Part shown: in pieces, positions 54,023-64,000 of the stretch
How the letters are laid out: each line of letters opens with the position of its first letter
How positions within the stretch are numbered: the first letter of the stretch is position 1
NCBI GenBank assembly: GCA_963754315.1
Contig: CAVWFS010000013.1
Span: 64,001-128,000, forward strand
Direction: 5' to 3'
DNA length: 64,000 nucleotides
Origin: an uncultured Candidatus Rokubacteria bacterium
GTDB taxonomy: Bacteria > Methylomirabilota > Methylomirabilia > Rokubacteriales > CSP1-6
Translations under genes and position numbers: made by a program
Notes under the pieces: generated by a model
The model's input: only the letters and a program-made list of their open reading frames with translations
Told to the model about the DNA's origin: nothing
The model's database searches: none

Positions 54023-55979
54023 ATGACGACGCGCTTTCCGCACGTGTTCTCGCCCCTTCGGATCGGCGCCGTCGAGCTGAAGAACCGCATCTTCGTGCCC
54101 GCGCACACGACCAACTACGGCGTGGAGCACTTGCCGAGCGAGCGGCACGTCCACTACCACGCCGAGAAGGCGCGAGGCGGCGTCGGGCTCATCATCTTCG
54201 AAGCGATCCGCGTGCACCCGAGCAGCATCGGCCGTGCGCAGGGCGTGATCGGCTACGACCCGCGCTGCGTCGCGGCCTTCAGTCGGGTGGCCGAAGCCGT
54301 CCACACCCACGATGCCAAGCTCTTCGGTCAGATCGTCCACGTCGGCCGGCACGCAGAGGGCTACTTCGGTCGCACCGCCACCTGGGGCGCCTCCCCCATC
54401 CCGTGGGCGCCGGGCGGACCCATTCCCCACGAAATGAACGAGGACGACATGGCCGAAGTGGTGGCCGGCCATGTCCAGACGGCGCGCCATCTGCGCGAGG
54501 CGGGGCTCGACGGGCTGGAAGTCCACTTCGGTCACGGCCACCTGCTCCAGCAGTTCCTCTCGCCCGCCTCCAACGTGCGGACCGACACCTACGGGGGCAG
54601 CGAGGCCAACCGGCTACGCTTTCCCCTCCGCGTGCTGCAGGCCGTGCGCGAGGCGATGGGGCCCGATTACGCAGTGGGGATTCGCATCAGCGCCGAGGAG
54701 TTCATGAACCCCGGCCTGTCTCTGGCGGACATGCAGCGGATCGTGCCTGCCATCGCGGCCGCGGTACCGATCGACTTCGTCAACGTCTCGCACTCGGCCT
54801 ACCACGCGAGCTATTCGCTGGCCACCCAGATGGCCGACATGCACTTTCCGCGCGCGGCCTTCCGCAGCTGCCGGCGGGGATCAAGGCCGTGGTGCCCGAG
54901 CTGCCCGTGTTCGCAGTCTGCCGCTTCAACCGTCTGCAGCTGGCCGAAGAGGTTCTGGCCGCCGGCGAGGCCGACCTGGTGGGCATGGCGCGCGCCCACA
55001 TCGCCGATCCTTTCCTGCTCGCCAAGGCGCGCGCGGACCAGCTCGACGAGGTCCGGCCATGCATCGCATGTAACCAGGGCTGCATCGCCATGATCGAGCT
55101 GCACCAGTCGGTGACGTGCCTGATGAACCCGACCGCCGGACGCGAGGCCGAGTGGGGTGAAGGCACCTTGACGCGCGCTCCCGTCCCGCGCCGTGTCCTG
55201 GTCATCGGGGGAGGACCGGCGGGCCTGGAGGCAGCACGCGTGGCGGCCATGCGTGGGCATGCGGTCACGCTCTGGGAGCGCGCGGCGGAGGTGGGCGGCC
55301 AGGTGAACCTGGCGGCGCGGATTCCCACACGCGGCGAGTTCACGTACGCGCGGACCTACTTCGAGGAGCGCTGCCGCGCACTCGGGGTGGCGCTGCAATG
55401 CGGGATGGAGGCCAGCGCCGAGCGCGTCGTCGCCTTCCGTCCTGACGCGGTCGTCCTCGCCACCGGCTCTCGGCCCAAGGCGTCACCATCCCCGGGGCCC
55501 CCCGGGTCTACTCGACGTGGGACGCGCTGCTCGAGCCCGAGCGTCTGGGCTCACACGTCGCGTTCATCGAGGCCGACGGCAACTGGCAGTCGGTGGCGGT
55601 CGCCGAGCACCTCGCCGACCTCGGCAAGCGGGTGACCCTGATCACGGGCGGCGTCGGGTACGGGGGCCGCATCACGATCTACAGCATGCTCGCCGTCCGC
55701 CAGCGCTTTCGGGAGAAGAAGATCCGGGTGATGCCGCTCAGGTCGCCGCGGGCGATGGAAGGGCGAACACTCCTCCTCGAGGATCTATCCACCGGCGACA
55801 TGGATCGCCTCCACGACGTCGATGCCATCGTGGCGGCAGCCGGCGGCATCGCCGAGGATCGCCTCTACGGCGAGCTGCGCGGGCAGGTGACCGACCTCCG
55901 GATGGTGGGCGACTGCGTGGCGCCGCGCACCGCGCTCGAGGCCATCTACGAAGGCCACGCCGCCGGCCGCGCGCTGTAG
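54023..55979 (+). CDS. NADH:flavin oxidoreductase (OYE/FadH-like, Fe-S + FAD domains), frameshifts ~54865 and ~55490
   Basis: LKNRIFVPAH, GHGHLLQQFLSP, RPCIACNQGC, VIGGGPAGLEAA, GDCVAPR. Confidence 0.88.
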
Positions 55980-55980
55980 A

Positions 55981-56307
55981 TTACGGCGCCGTCGGCTGCG
56001 CGAGGCGAAGGTCGAGACTGAAGGCGAGAGCCTGGTCGGCCTCGCGGAGGGCTTCTCGCGGAAGTGATCCCACCCGCTCCAGAATCGCCCGCCTCGGCAA
56101 GGTGACGATCGTTTCCATCTTGACGATCGACGTTGTCCGCAGCCCGGCGGCTCTCGCTAGCGGTGAAGGGTACGGGATCACGAAGTGCATCGGATAGCGC
56201 TTCCCGGGGACGGATGAGGAGATGAGAGCCACGATGCGGTGCTCCCGAACGGTTTCCGCTCTTGATGCGACCATGTCGCCACGGTGAAGCTCTGGCGGCG
56301 GGCTCAC
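55981..56307 (-). CDS. PemK/MazF-like toxin, apparently internally shortened
   Basis: LHRGD start; GLRTTSIVKMETIVTLPRRAILERVGSL..ADQALAFSLDL; lacks the KxRP segment. Confidence 0.65.
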   Translation of the reverse strand: MSPPPELHRGDMVASRAETVREHRIVALISSSVPGKRYPMHFVIPYPSPLARAAGLRTTSIVKMETIVTLPRRAILERVGSLPREALREADQALAFSLDLRLAQPTAP

Positions 56308-56310
56308 CCA

Positions 56311-56550
56311 TCACTCCGCGATCTCGTCGAGCACCGCCAGATAGGCCTCAGCTTCCCCCCGGTCCTCGTCAGACATCTTCTGGTATCCCTCCCGTGCCAG
56401 GAGGGCCAGCCGATTCCGTTCCCAGAGGACGATCGCTTGCTCGACGACTCGGCTCTTCGAGATCTTCGCGCGTTCAGCGTGACGCTCGATCACCCGATAC
56501 ACATGCGGGTCCACCGTCACGCTCAGTTTCTCGCGGTTCCCCTGCTTCAT
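56311..56550 (-). CDS. Ribbon-helix-helix antitoxin
   Basis: KLSVTVD..SKSRVVEQAI..LAREGYQ. Confidence 0.75.
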   Translation of the reverse strand: MKQGNREKLSVTVDPHVYRVIERHAERAKISKSRVVEQAIVLWERNRLALLAREGYQKMSDEDRGEAEAYLAVLDEIAE

Positions 56551-56637
56551 GAGATCCTCCGAATTATCGGATGTTTCATCGCCTATCTTATCCTATGCGC
56601 ATTGTCGGCGAGCCAGACTTGTGTCACCATGTGTCAC

Positions 56638-56889
56638 ATGAAGACCATCTCGATTCGGGAGCTTCATCAGCGCACCGGGGCCTGGGTGAGAAAAGCGGCC
56701 GAGCTCGGCTCAATCACTGTCACCGAACGAGGTCGGCCGGTGGCCCGGCTCGAAGCGGTGGAGGAGCACGGCCGCCGGAACCCGTTCCTGAGCCGCAAGC
56801 TCCGACCCGGCTACAAGCGGCTCATGGGCACGCTCACCGGCGGGACCGACATCGTCACCATGGTGTCGGAGGACCGCGGGGAGCGATAG
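56638..56889 (+). CDS. Phd/YefM family antitoxin
   Basis: MKTISIRELHQRTGAWVR..VTERGRPVARL; TGTGTCAC direct repeats immediately upstream. Confidence 0.85.
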   Translation: MKTISIRELHQRTGAWVRKAAELGSITVTERGRPVARLEAVEEHGRRNPFLSRKLRPGYKRLMGTLTGGTDIVTMVSEDRGER

Positions 56890-56895
56890 CGGCGC

Positions 56896-57350
56896 GTGGG
56901 CTATTTCGACTCGGGGTATGTCGCTAAGTTCTACGTGGACGAACCCGACAGCCCGCAGGTGCGGCGACTTGCCGAGGCGCTCGGAGAGGTGCACTGCGCG
57001 GCCCTGGGTCGGGCTGAGGTCTCGGCCGCCCTGCACCGCAAGCTGCGCGAAGGGGTCTCGGCGAAGCGGCGTTCCGGGAGGTGATCGCGCAGTTCCAGCG
57101 GGATTGCGCGGGCGGCTTGTGGACATGGATCCCGATGACAGCCCGGATACTGGCGGCAACGGTTGCCGCCATCCGCGACGTGCCGAAGTTCGTATTCCTT
57201 CGCGCGGCTGATGCGATCCATCTGGCCTGTGCCCGCGAGAGTGGATTCACGGAGATCTACACCGGCGACCGTCACATGCGGGTGGCCGCGACATACTTCC
57301 GCGTACGGGCCATAACCGTCTCTGACAACACCCAAGGAGATCTCCAATGA
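56896..57350 (+). CDS. vapC: VapC PIN toxin (frameshift ~57060)
   Basis: YFDSGYVAKFYVDEPDS, LRAADAIHLACA, IYTGDRHM. Confidence 0.85.
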
Positions 57351-58010
57351 ACTACAAGACCTGTGCGTTCGTGTTCGCCTCGGCTGCCTGTCCTGGTGCT
57401 TGGCCTGACCGGCACCGCGCCGGCGCAACAGGCGGGCATGACCTTCTTCATCACCAGTGCCGGTTCCGGAAAGGGGGCTGACCTCGGAGGCCTGGCCGGG
57501 GCGGACCAGCTCTGCCAGACGCTCGCCGGCGCCGTCGGCGCGGGCGGCCGCACCTGGCGCGCGTATCTCAGCACGCAGGCCTCCGCAGGCGCGGCCGCGG
57601 TCAACGCGCGCGACCGCATCGGACGTGGGCCCTGGCAGAACGCCAAGGGAGTCGTGATCGCCGGCAACGTCGACGAGCTGCATGGCACCAACAACCTGAA
57701 CAAGCAGACCGCCCTCAACGAGAAGGGCGAGGTTGTCAACGGTCGGGGCGACACACCGAACCGGCACGACATCCTCACCGGCACCACGCCAGATGGCCGC
57801 GCGCCGGCGGGCGATCAGGACATGACGTGCGGCAACTGGACGAAGAGCGGAGAAGGCGCGGCCATCGTCGGCCACCACGACCGGATAGGGCTCCGCGACG
57901 ACGCGCCCTCGAAATCCTGGAACTCGTCCCACCCCTCTCGCGGCTGCAGCCAGGACGCGCTGAGAGGCACGGGCGGCGACGGTTTGCTGTACTGCTTCGC
58001 GGGGAACTAG
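57347..58010 (+). CDS. Secreted C-type lectin/endostatin-like Cys-rich protein (frameshift in the leader)
   Basis: GADLGGLAGADQLCQ, TWRAYLS, HDILTG, TCGNWT, LLYCFA. Confidence 0.8.
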
Positions 58011-58079
58011 AGGCTCAGGGGCGGCTCACCGCCCGCAGATCAACACGACCGCGCCAGCTTCACGACCGCGTCCGGCTTT

Positions 58080-58652
58080 CTAGGAGCGGCCGGCGGCGAG
58101 CGGGGGCGGGCCGAGCGGTTCGCGAACACTGCCTGCCAGCGTGAGCACGCTATGCACCAGTTCCGCCAGGCTGGCGCGCGCGTGAGCGTCGGCGAGCTTG
58201 CCGTCCTTGAAGTGGGCGGACTCGAGGTAGACGCTGGTCGGCAGCACGAGGGCGCCGAACCAGGCGAGCACCGCGCGCAGGTGCCAGTCGACCCCGAGGT
58301 AGTGATGAAGGGTGGCGCCCATGGCCACGATGCCGACCGGCTTGCCGCGCAGCGCCTCGACCGGCGCCAGGTCGAGCAGGTTCTTGAGGGCACCGGTGAA
58401 CGAGCCCCGGTACACCGGACTCGCCAGCAGCACGGCGTCGGCGGCGACGATCTGGCCCACCACATGGGCGCTGTCGTCCTCGAGGCGGTCGAGCGGGCGG
58501 CCGTCGGCGAAGGAGATGTGGTAGTCGGCGAGGTTCACCAGACTCGCTGAGCAGTCCGACCGGGCGCCCGCCGTCTCGAGGGCAAGCTCCATCGCCTGGT
58601 TGAGCCGTCCCGGCGGAGTCACGCTGCCCACGACGGCGACGAGCTTCGGCAC
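58080..58652 (-). CDS. NAD(P)H-dependent FMN reductase (SsuE-like)
   Basis: ASPVYRGSFTGALKNLLD, LRGKPV. Confidence 0.9.
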   Translation of the reverse strand: MPKLVAVVGSVTPPGRLNQAMELALETAGARSDCSASLVNLADYHISFADGRPLDRLEDDSAHVVGQIVAADAVLLASPVYRGSFTGALKNLLDLAPVEALRGKPVGIVAMGATLHHYLGVDWHLRAVLAWFGALVLPTSVYLESAHFKDGKLADAHARASLAELVHSVLTLAGSVREPLGPPPLAAGRS

Positions 58653-58655
58653 GGC

Positions 58656-59741
58656 TCACGCCGCCGCGTGGAGACGATCGCGGCGTGCCACCTCGGCGCG
58701 GACGAGGGGAATCAGCTCGCGCCCGTACTCGGCCGCGTCGTTGAGGGGATCGAAGCCGCGGATGAGGAGCGTGGTGACCCCGAGGTCGTAGTACTGGACG
58801 AGCGACTCCGCCACCTGATCGGGGGTACCGACCAGGGCGGTGGTATTGCCGGCCCCGCCAACGGCCGCGGCGATCGGCGTCCACAGGCGCTGGTCGTGCA
58901 CCTCGGCCTCGCGCGCGAAGTCGACCAGCCGCCGCGCTCCCACCGCCTCGGGAAGGGGCAGTGTGCGGTCGCCCTGCTTGGCTCGCACCGCGGCCAGGAT
59001 GCTGCGCGCCTTGTCCCATGCTTGAGCCTCGGTGGGCGCGATGATCGGGCGCAGCGAGACGCTGAAGCGAGGCTCACGGTCGAAGGGCAACGCGGCCGCT
59101 CGCACGTCCGCGATCCGCTGCTTCACCGCGGCCAACGGCTCGCCCCAGAGCATGTAGACGTCCGCGTGCTTGGCGCCGATCCGATGTGCCGCCTCGGAGG
59201 CGCCGCCGAAGTAGAGAGGCACGTGCGGCTTCTGCAGTGGCTTGATCTCCGAATACGCGCCGGCGACTCGGTAGAATTCGCCCGCGTGGTCGAAGGGACG
59301 ATCCTCCGTCCACACGCGGCGCAGGAGGGTCAGGTACTCGTCGGTGCGACGATAACGGGTGTCATGATCGAGCCAATCGCCGTCCTTGGCCTGGTCGGCA
59401 TCGCTGCCGCCCGTGATGATGTGAAGCGCCAGGCGGCCACCGCTCACCTGATCGAACGTGGCGGCCTTGCGCGCGGCCAGGCCCGGCGCCACGAAGCCAG
59501 GCCGATGGGCGATCAGATAGGCGAGCCGCTCCGTGTGGGCGGCCGCATACCCCGCGATCACGAAGCCCTCGGCGGAGGTCGCCGTGTAGCCCACCAGCAC
59601 CTTGTCGAACCCCGCTCGCTCGTGGGCCTGAGAGAAGGCGCGCACCCAGGCGAGATCGATCTCGCCCCCGATCACGTGCACGGCAGCACCGTCGGCGCCC
59701 TCGGGCTTCACGCCGATCATCCCGATGAACTCGATGGGCAT
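58656..59741 (-). CDS. LLM-class flavin monooxygenase (alkanesulfonate monooxygenase SsuD-like)
   Basis: LIAHRPGFVAP, HDTRYRRTDEYL, YFGGAS, TALVGTPDQVA. Confidence 0.9.
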   Translation of the reverse strand: MPIEFIGMIGVKPEGADGAAVHVIGGEIDLAWVRAFSQAHERAGFDKVLVGYTATSAEGFVIAGYAAAHTERLAYLIAHRPGFVAPGLAARKAATFDQVSGGRLALHIITGGSDADQAKDGDWLDHDTRYRRTDEYLTLLRRVWTEDRPFDHAGEFYRVAGAYSEIKPLQKPHVPLYFGGASEAAHRIGAKHADVYMLWGEPLAAVKQRIADVRAAALPFDREPRFSVSLRPIIAPTEAQAWDKARSILAAVRAKQGDRTLPLPEAVGARRLVDFAREAEVHDQRLWTPIAAAVGGAGNTTALVGTPDQVAESLVQYYDLGVTTLLIRGFDPLNDAAEYGRELIPLVRAEVARRDRLHAAA

Positions 59742-59758
59742 CCGGTCCGCCTGAACCC

Positions 59759-60712
59759 TCAGCCGCGGGTACGGAGCTTCGGGTCCCAGGCGTCGCGCAG
59801 GGTATCGCCGAAGAGGTTGAAGCCGAGCACGGCAATGCTGATGGCGAGCCCGGGAAAGATGGCCAGCCAGGGAGCTTGCTCCATGAACGCGCGACCGGTG
59901 CTGCTCAGCATCAGCCCCCAGGAGGGCGTGGGCGGCTGCGTTCCCAGGCCCAGGAAGCTCAAGGTCGCTTCGATCAGGATGGCGTTGCCGAGCCAGATCG
60001 ACGCGATGATGAGGATGGGCGCCGTCACGTTGGGCAGGATATGGGTGGCCAGGATGCGCGGGTGTCGAGAGCCAAGGGCCAGGGCGGCCTCCACGTAGGG
60101 GTTCTGCTTGGCCGAGAGGACGGTGCCGCGGACGATGCGCGAGTTACCAGGAATGATCACGACCGCGATGGCGATCATCGCGTTCGTCGTGCTCGGCTTC
60201 AGCACCGACACGATGGCCAGCGCGAGCATCAGCCCCGGAATGGCCTGGATCGCGTCCATGACGCGCTGGACGATGATATCGAGGCGGCCCTCCCAGTAGC
60301 CGCAGGCGAGGCCAATGATCATGCCCGCGAAGGTGCCGATCCCCACCGCGAGAAGCCCGACCCACAGGGAGATCCGGGCGCCGTAAATGATGCGACTGAA
60401 CACGTCACGACCGATGTCATCGGTCCCGAAGAGGTGGGCCCAGCTCGGCGGGGCCAGCCGGATCTCGGGCTGGGCCGCCAGCGGGTCGTATGGCGCCAGG
60501 ACGTCGGCGAAGACGGCGGTGAGCACCAGCACCGCGAGGACCGTGGCCGAGGCGAGCCCGAGCGGTTTCCGCTTGAGCGACCTCCACAGGGCCCCTGCTC
60601 GACCGAGGGTCATCCCCCCAGCCGGTATGTCCAGGACGGCGGAGGTGGGCCCGGGCATCACCGGCGCCTCGAGGTCCAGCCGATTGGGGTCAGCGCTCGC
60701 CGGCGCGCTCAT
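59759..60712 (-). CDS. Peptide/nickel ABC permease (DppC-like)
   Basis: GTDDIGRDVFSRIIYGARISL, HILPN, SFLGLG. Confidence 0.92.
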   Translation of the reverse strand: MSAPASADPNRLDLEAPVMPGPTSAVLDIPAGGMTLGRAGALWRSLKRKPLGLASATVLAVLVLTAVFADVLAPYDPLAAQPEIRLAPPSWAHLFGTDDIGRDVFSRIIYGARISLWVGLLAVGIGTFAGMIIGLACGYWEGRLDIIVQRVMDAIQAIPGLMLALAIVSVLKPSTTNAMIAIAVVIIPGNSRIVRGTVLSAKQNPYVEAALALGSRHPRILATHILPNVTAPILIIASIWLGNAILIEATLSFLGLGTQPPTPSWGLMLSSTGRAFMEQAPWLAIFPGLAISIAVLGFNLFGDTLRDAWDPKLRTRG

Positions 60713-61659
60713 CGGTAGCGAATCCGCGGGTCGAGCCACGCGTAGGTGAGATCCACCACGAGATTGAGGGTGACCAGGACGGCCGCCACCAGCATGACGT
60801 TGGTCTGCACGACGGGATAGTCGCGAAAGAGGATCGCCTCCACCGTCAACCGGCCCATCCCCGGTAACGCGAAGATCGTTTCCACCACCACGGTGCCGGC
60901 CAGGAGCGTCCCCATCTGCCCGCCGACGATGGTCACCACGGGGATCAGCGCGTTCTTCAGCGCATGCTTGTAGACGACCAAGCGGCCGCCCAGGCCCTTG
61001 GCCCAGGCCGTCCGCACGTAGTCTTCCCGCAACACCTCGAGCACCGTCGAGCGCGTCATGCGCATCGTGGCCGCTGACAGGCGGAAGCCGAGCACGGCGG
61101 CCGGCAGCAGAAATTGCTGCAGGTTCCGCCACGGATCATCCCAGAGGTTGGAGTATCCCAGGGGCGGGATCCAGCGGAACCAGATGGCCGCGAAGGTGAT
61201 GACGAGGGTGCCGAGCCAGAAATCGGGCAGGGAGAGGCCGGAGACGGCGACAACCCGCCCCACGTAATCCGAAGGCTTGTCCTGGCGGGTGGCGGAGAGC
61301 ACGCCGACGGGAATCGCGATCACCAACCCCAGGATCATGGCCAAGGTGGCCAGCTCCAGGGTGACCGGGATCGCCTTCCGGAGCGCAACGGGGATGGGCT
61401 CGTTGGTGAAGATCGAATGACCGGGGTTCAGGCTCACCATCCGCCAGACCCAGATGAGGTACTGCTCGTGATAGGGCCGGTCGAGGCCGAGATCCTTGCG
61501 GAGCTTCTGCAGCTCGCGCTCGCCCACGTTACCGGACTCGCCCATCAAGGCCACCAGCGCGTCACCCGGCATCACGCGCATCAGCCCGAAGACGATCAGC
61601 GACGAGCAGACCAGAACCGGAATGGCGAGCAGCAGGCGGCGCATCACGTACTTGTGCAT
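60709..61659 (-). CDS. Peptide/nickel ABC permease (DppB-like)
   Basis: DYVRTAWAKGL, HALKNA, RDYPVVQ, LDPRIRY. Confidence 0.92.
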   Translation of the reverse strand: MHKYVMRRLLLAIPVLVCSSLIVFGLMRVMPGDALVALMGESGNVGERELQKLRKDLGLDRPYHEQYLIWVWRMVSLNPGHSIFTNEPIPVALRKAIPVTLELATLAMILGLVIAIPVGVLSATRQDKPSDYVGRVVAVSGLSLPDFWLGTLVITFAAIWFRWIPPLGYSNLWDDPWRNLQQFLLPAAVLGFRLSAATMRMTRSTVLEVLREDYVRTAWAKGLGGRLVVYKHALKNALIPVVTIVGGQMGTLLAGTVVVETIFALPGMGRLTVEAILFRDYPVVQTNVMLVAAVLVTLNLVVDLTYAWLDPRIRYR

Positions 61660-61704
61660 GGACGCGCCGCTCGCTAGCGGTCTCTGAGGCCTCCGGCCCC
61701 TCCG

Positions 61705-63405
61705 CTACTTGTCAATCCAGAGCCGGGCGATGGTCGGCGAGCCATAGCCGATCGTGCCGCGCAGCACGCCGCCGGCCACGTTCCGGAGATGCGGCTGGAA
61801 GACCACGAAGTTGGTGCCATAGCGGCATCCACATGCGGAGGACCTGGTCGTACTCCCGCTCCACGATCGTTCTGGCCGTCGCCCGCTGCTCGGCCCGGTC
61901 GGGCGTCTGCCGGAGCTTCGCGGTCAGCTCGTCGATGAGCGGATCGTTGACCCTGAAGAAGTTCTTCGTCGACTTGGAGTGCATGTACACGTACGTCCGC
62001 TCGTCGAGGCCTGTCGCGTGGCCGGACTGGAAGCCCCAGGCCATCCCGTCCCACTTGCCCTCGACATAGCGCCCGTAATAGCCCGTGTAATCGAGCTTGC
62101 TGATCTTGACGTCGATGTTGAGGTTCTTCTTGAGGTCCTGCTGGACGAGCTGGACCTGAGAGGTCATCTGCGGGAAGTACTCGTAGTAGAACAAGCGTCG
62201 TCTCGAAGCCGTTCGGGTGGCCGGCCTCGGCCAGCAGCTTCTTGGCGTCGGCGGGGCGGTACTGCCACCAGGGGCCGAGATCCTTCGCCGACGGCTTCGC
62301 GTCCTGGTAGTAGATCCACGGCACGCCAGCGGTGAGGATGCCGTGGCCCTCGAACACCGTATCCACCTGCTTCTGGCGGTCGATGGCCATGGAGATCGCG
62401 CGGCGGACGCGCACGTCGTTGAACGGCGGCCGATCCTGGGCGAGCGCCAGTCCGAACGGCGTGATGGAAGGCGTGAGCGCCTGCACGAGGGCGTGCAGGG
62501 TTCGTCTTGCGGACCGCCTCCACCTCCGACGGGCTCTGCAGGGGCAGGAAGTCGCTCTGGCCGGTGCGAAACGCCGCCATGCGGGTGGCGGAGTCCGGCG
62601 TCGACAGGATGACGTACTCGTCGACGTAGGGGCGACCCGCGTCGAAGTAGTCGGGGTTGCGCTGAAGGACGACGCGCACCTTGCGGGTGTGCTCCTTGAG
62701 GATGTAGGGCCCGGTGCCGATCAGGCGCTTCTTGAGGTCGCCGTCCTCCTCGAGCACCTCGCGCGAGAAGATCACGGCCACCGATTCGGCGACGTTCTGC
62801 GGGAAGAGCGCGTTGGGCGTCCTGAGGTGGACGCGCAGCGTATGCGAATCCGGCGTCTCCATGGCCTCGATTTCCTGGAACGTGAAGGTCTGCACGCCCT
62901 CCTTGGCGTAGGCCTCGAAACAGTACTTGACGTCCGCGGCAGTGAGCTCGCGTCCTTTGAGCGGCGGCACGTTCTGCCACTTGACGCCCCGGCGCAGCTT
63001 GAACGTCCATTGGCGCTGGTCAGGAGTCCCCTGCCAGGACTCGGCGAGGTCTCCCTTGAGACTCAGGTCGTTGTAGCCAGTCGCCTCGTCGGTGAACGCA
63101 TAGCGCAAGAGACGATTGCTGGTGAGGCCGGCGAACTGGAAGAGCCCGACGGATTGGGTCAGCCGCGGGTCGATCACAGGGGGATCCCAGGCCGAGGCCC
63201 GGGTCAGCACCCCGCCGCGCTTCGGCGGCTTGGAGCTCGCCGGGATCCAGTCGGGGTACTGGCCCGCCTGAGCAGAGGCTCGCCCCCGACCGGCAGTGAC
63301 GGTGAAGGTGGCGGCGCCGAGGCCACCCCATCCGACCTGTTTGAGGAATTGGCGTCGGTTGACGTGGAGATAGCGGACGATCGGGCCCGGGCTATAGAGG
63401 GGCAT
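61705..63405 (-). CDS. Family 5 ABC substrate-binding protein with Tat signal (about 3 frameshifts)
   Basis: NRRQFLK, FKLRRGVKWQN, IGTGPY, PPFNDVRVRRAISMAIDR; breaks near 62490, 62195 and 61820. Confidence 0.87.
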
Positions 63406-63616
63406 CGTAGCCCTCCTTGTTCGCGCACCGGTGAAGGAACCCCGCGATCGCCTCGCACACGCGAGGCGGCATCGCGCCAAGTGGGGTGAACATGCCGGGG
63501 CCGGTAGGCAAAGTCAAGCGCTTTCGCTACTGGACATGATGTCCTCTCGGAATCGTGGAGCCGATGCGCGGTATAAGGGAACCGGGCAGCAGAGCGCACG
63601 TCGAGGAGATCAGGAC

Positions 63617-64000
63617 ATGAGCTACAAGTTGCTGAGCTACCAGTCGGGTCGGGAAGCGCGCGCCGGAATCCTCGTGGAGGATAGCGTGTACGACGTCGCC
63701 AAGGTCACCAGGGTCGCCGCTTATTCGAGCGGACTCGGCATCGTGCGGGAGTGGACGAAGGCGCGTCGCCAGCTGGCCCAGGCGGCTAAGCGCATCGCGG
63801 CCGGCCAGAGCCGGGTCAAGGGCACTCCGCTCAAGCGGGTCCGGCTGCTGGCGCCGCTGCCTGAGCCAGGAAACATCTTCTGCGCGGGAGCGAACTACAC
63901 CGACCACATGGCGGAGATGGCGCGGGCCCAGGGCCAGCCGCCGGGACCGACCATGAAGGAACTGGGCGAAAAGCCGTGGCACTTCGTCAAGACCTCGCGG
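63617..64000 (+). CDS. Fumarylacetoacetate hydrolase family protein (truncated by the window edge)
   Basis: RLLAPLPEPGNIFCAGANYTDHMAEM..KPWHFVK; RBS upstream. Confidence 0.85.
   Translation, partial: MSYKLLSYQSGREARAGILVEDSVYDVAKVTRVAAYSSGLGIVREWTKARRQLAQAAKRIAAGQSRVKGTPLKRVRLLAPLPEPGNIFCAGANYTDHMAEMARAQGQPPGPTMKELGEKPWHFVKTSR

Noticed and set aside
32230..55979. Programmed ribosomal frameshifting in the split genes
   Set aside because: No consistent slippery sites; too many unrelated genes affected; sequencing error is simpler

Overview
High-GC bacterial chromosomal window, densely coding, with about 55 genes. The gene mix (ZnR-cyclase-ATPase-TPR proteins, many ABC binding proteins, amidases, LLM monooxygenase, many TA pairs, DUF222-HNH) suggests Candidatus Rokubacteria/Methylomirabilota; this is inference only. 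Most genes are catabolic or transport genes, alongside six type II toxin-antitoxin pairs. The main hidden signal is two UGA-recoded selenoprotein genes that the ORF track splits or misses, each with a SECIS-like hairpin. One is a 536-aa UGSC-motif (DUGSC) fusion protein at 23803-25413; the other is a 74-aa Rdx/SelW-like CxxU protein at 46659-46883. Also notable: a DUF222-HNH gene nested between type III R-M res and mod remnants next to an IS91-like transposase scrap, a fused double acyl-CoA dehydrogenase whose halves have lost complementary motifs, an internally deleted cyclase paralog, and several apparent leaderless promoters. Many single-base frameshifts from about 33 kb onward look like long-read consensus errors. 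No rRNA, tRNA or CRISPR array was seen.
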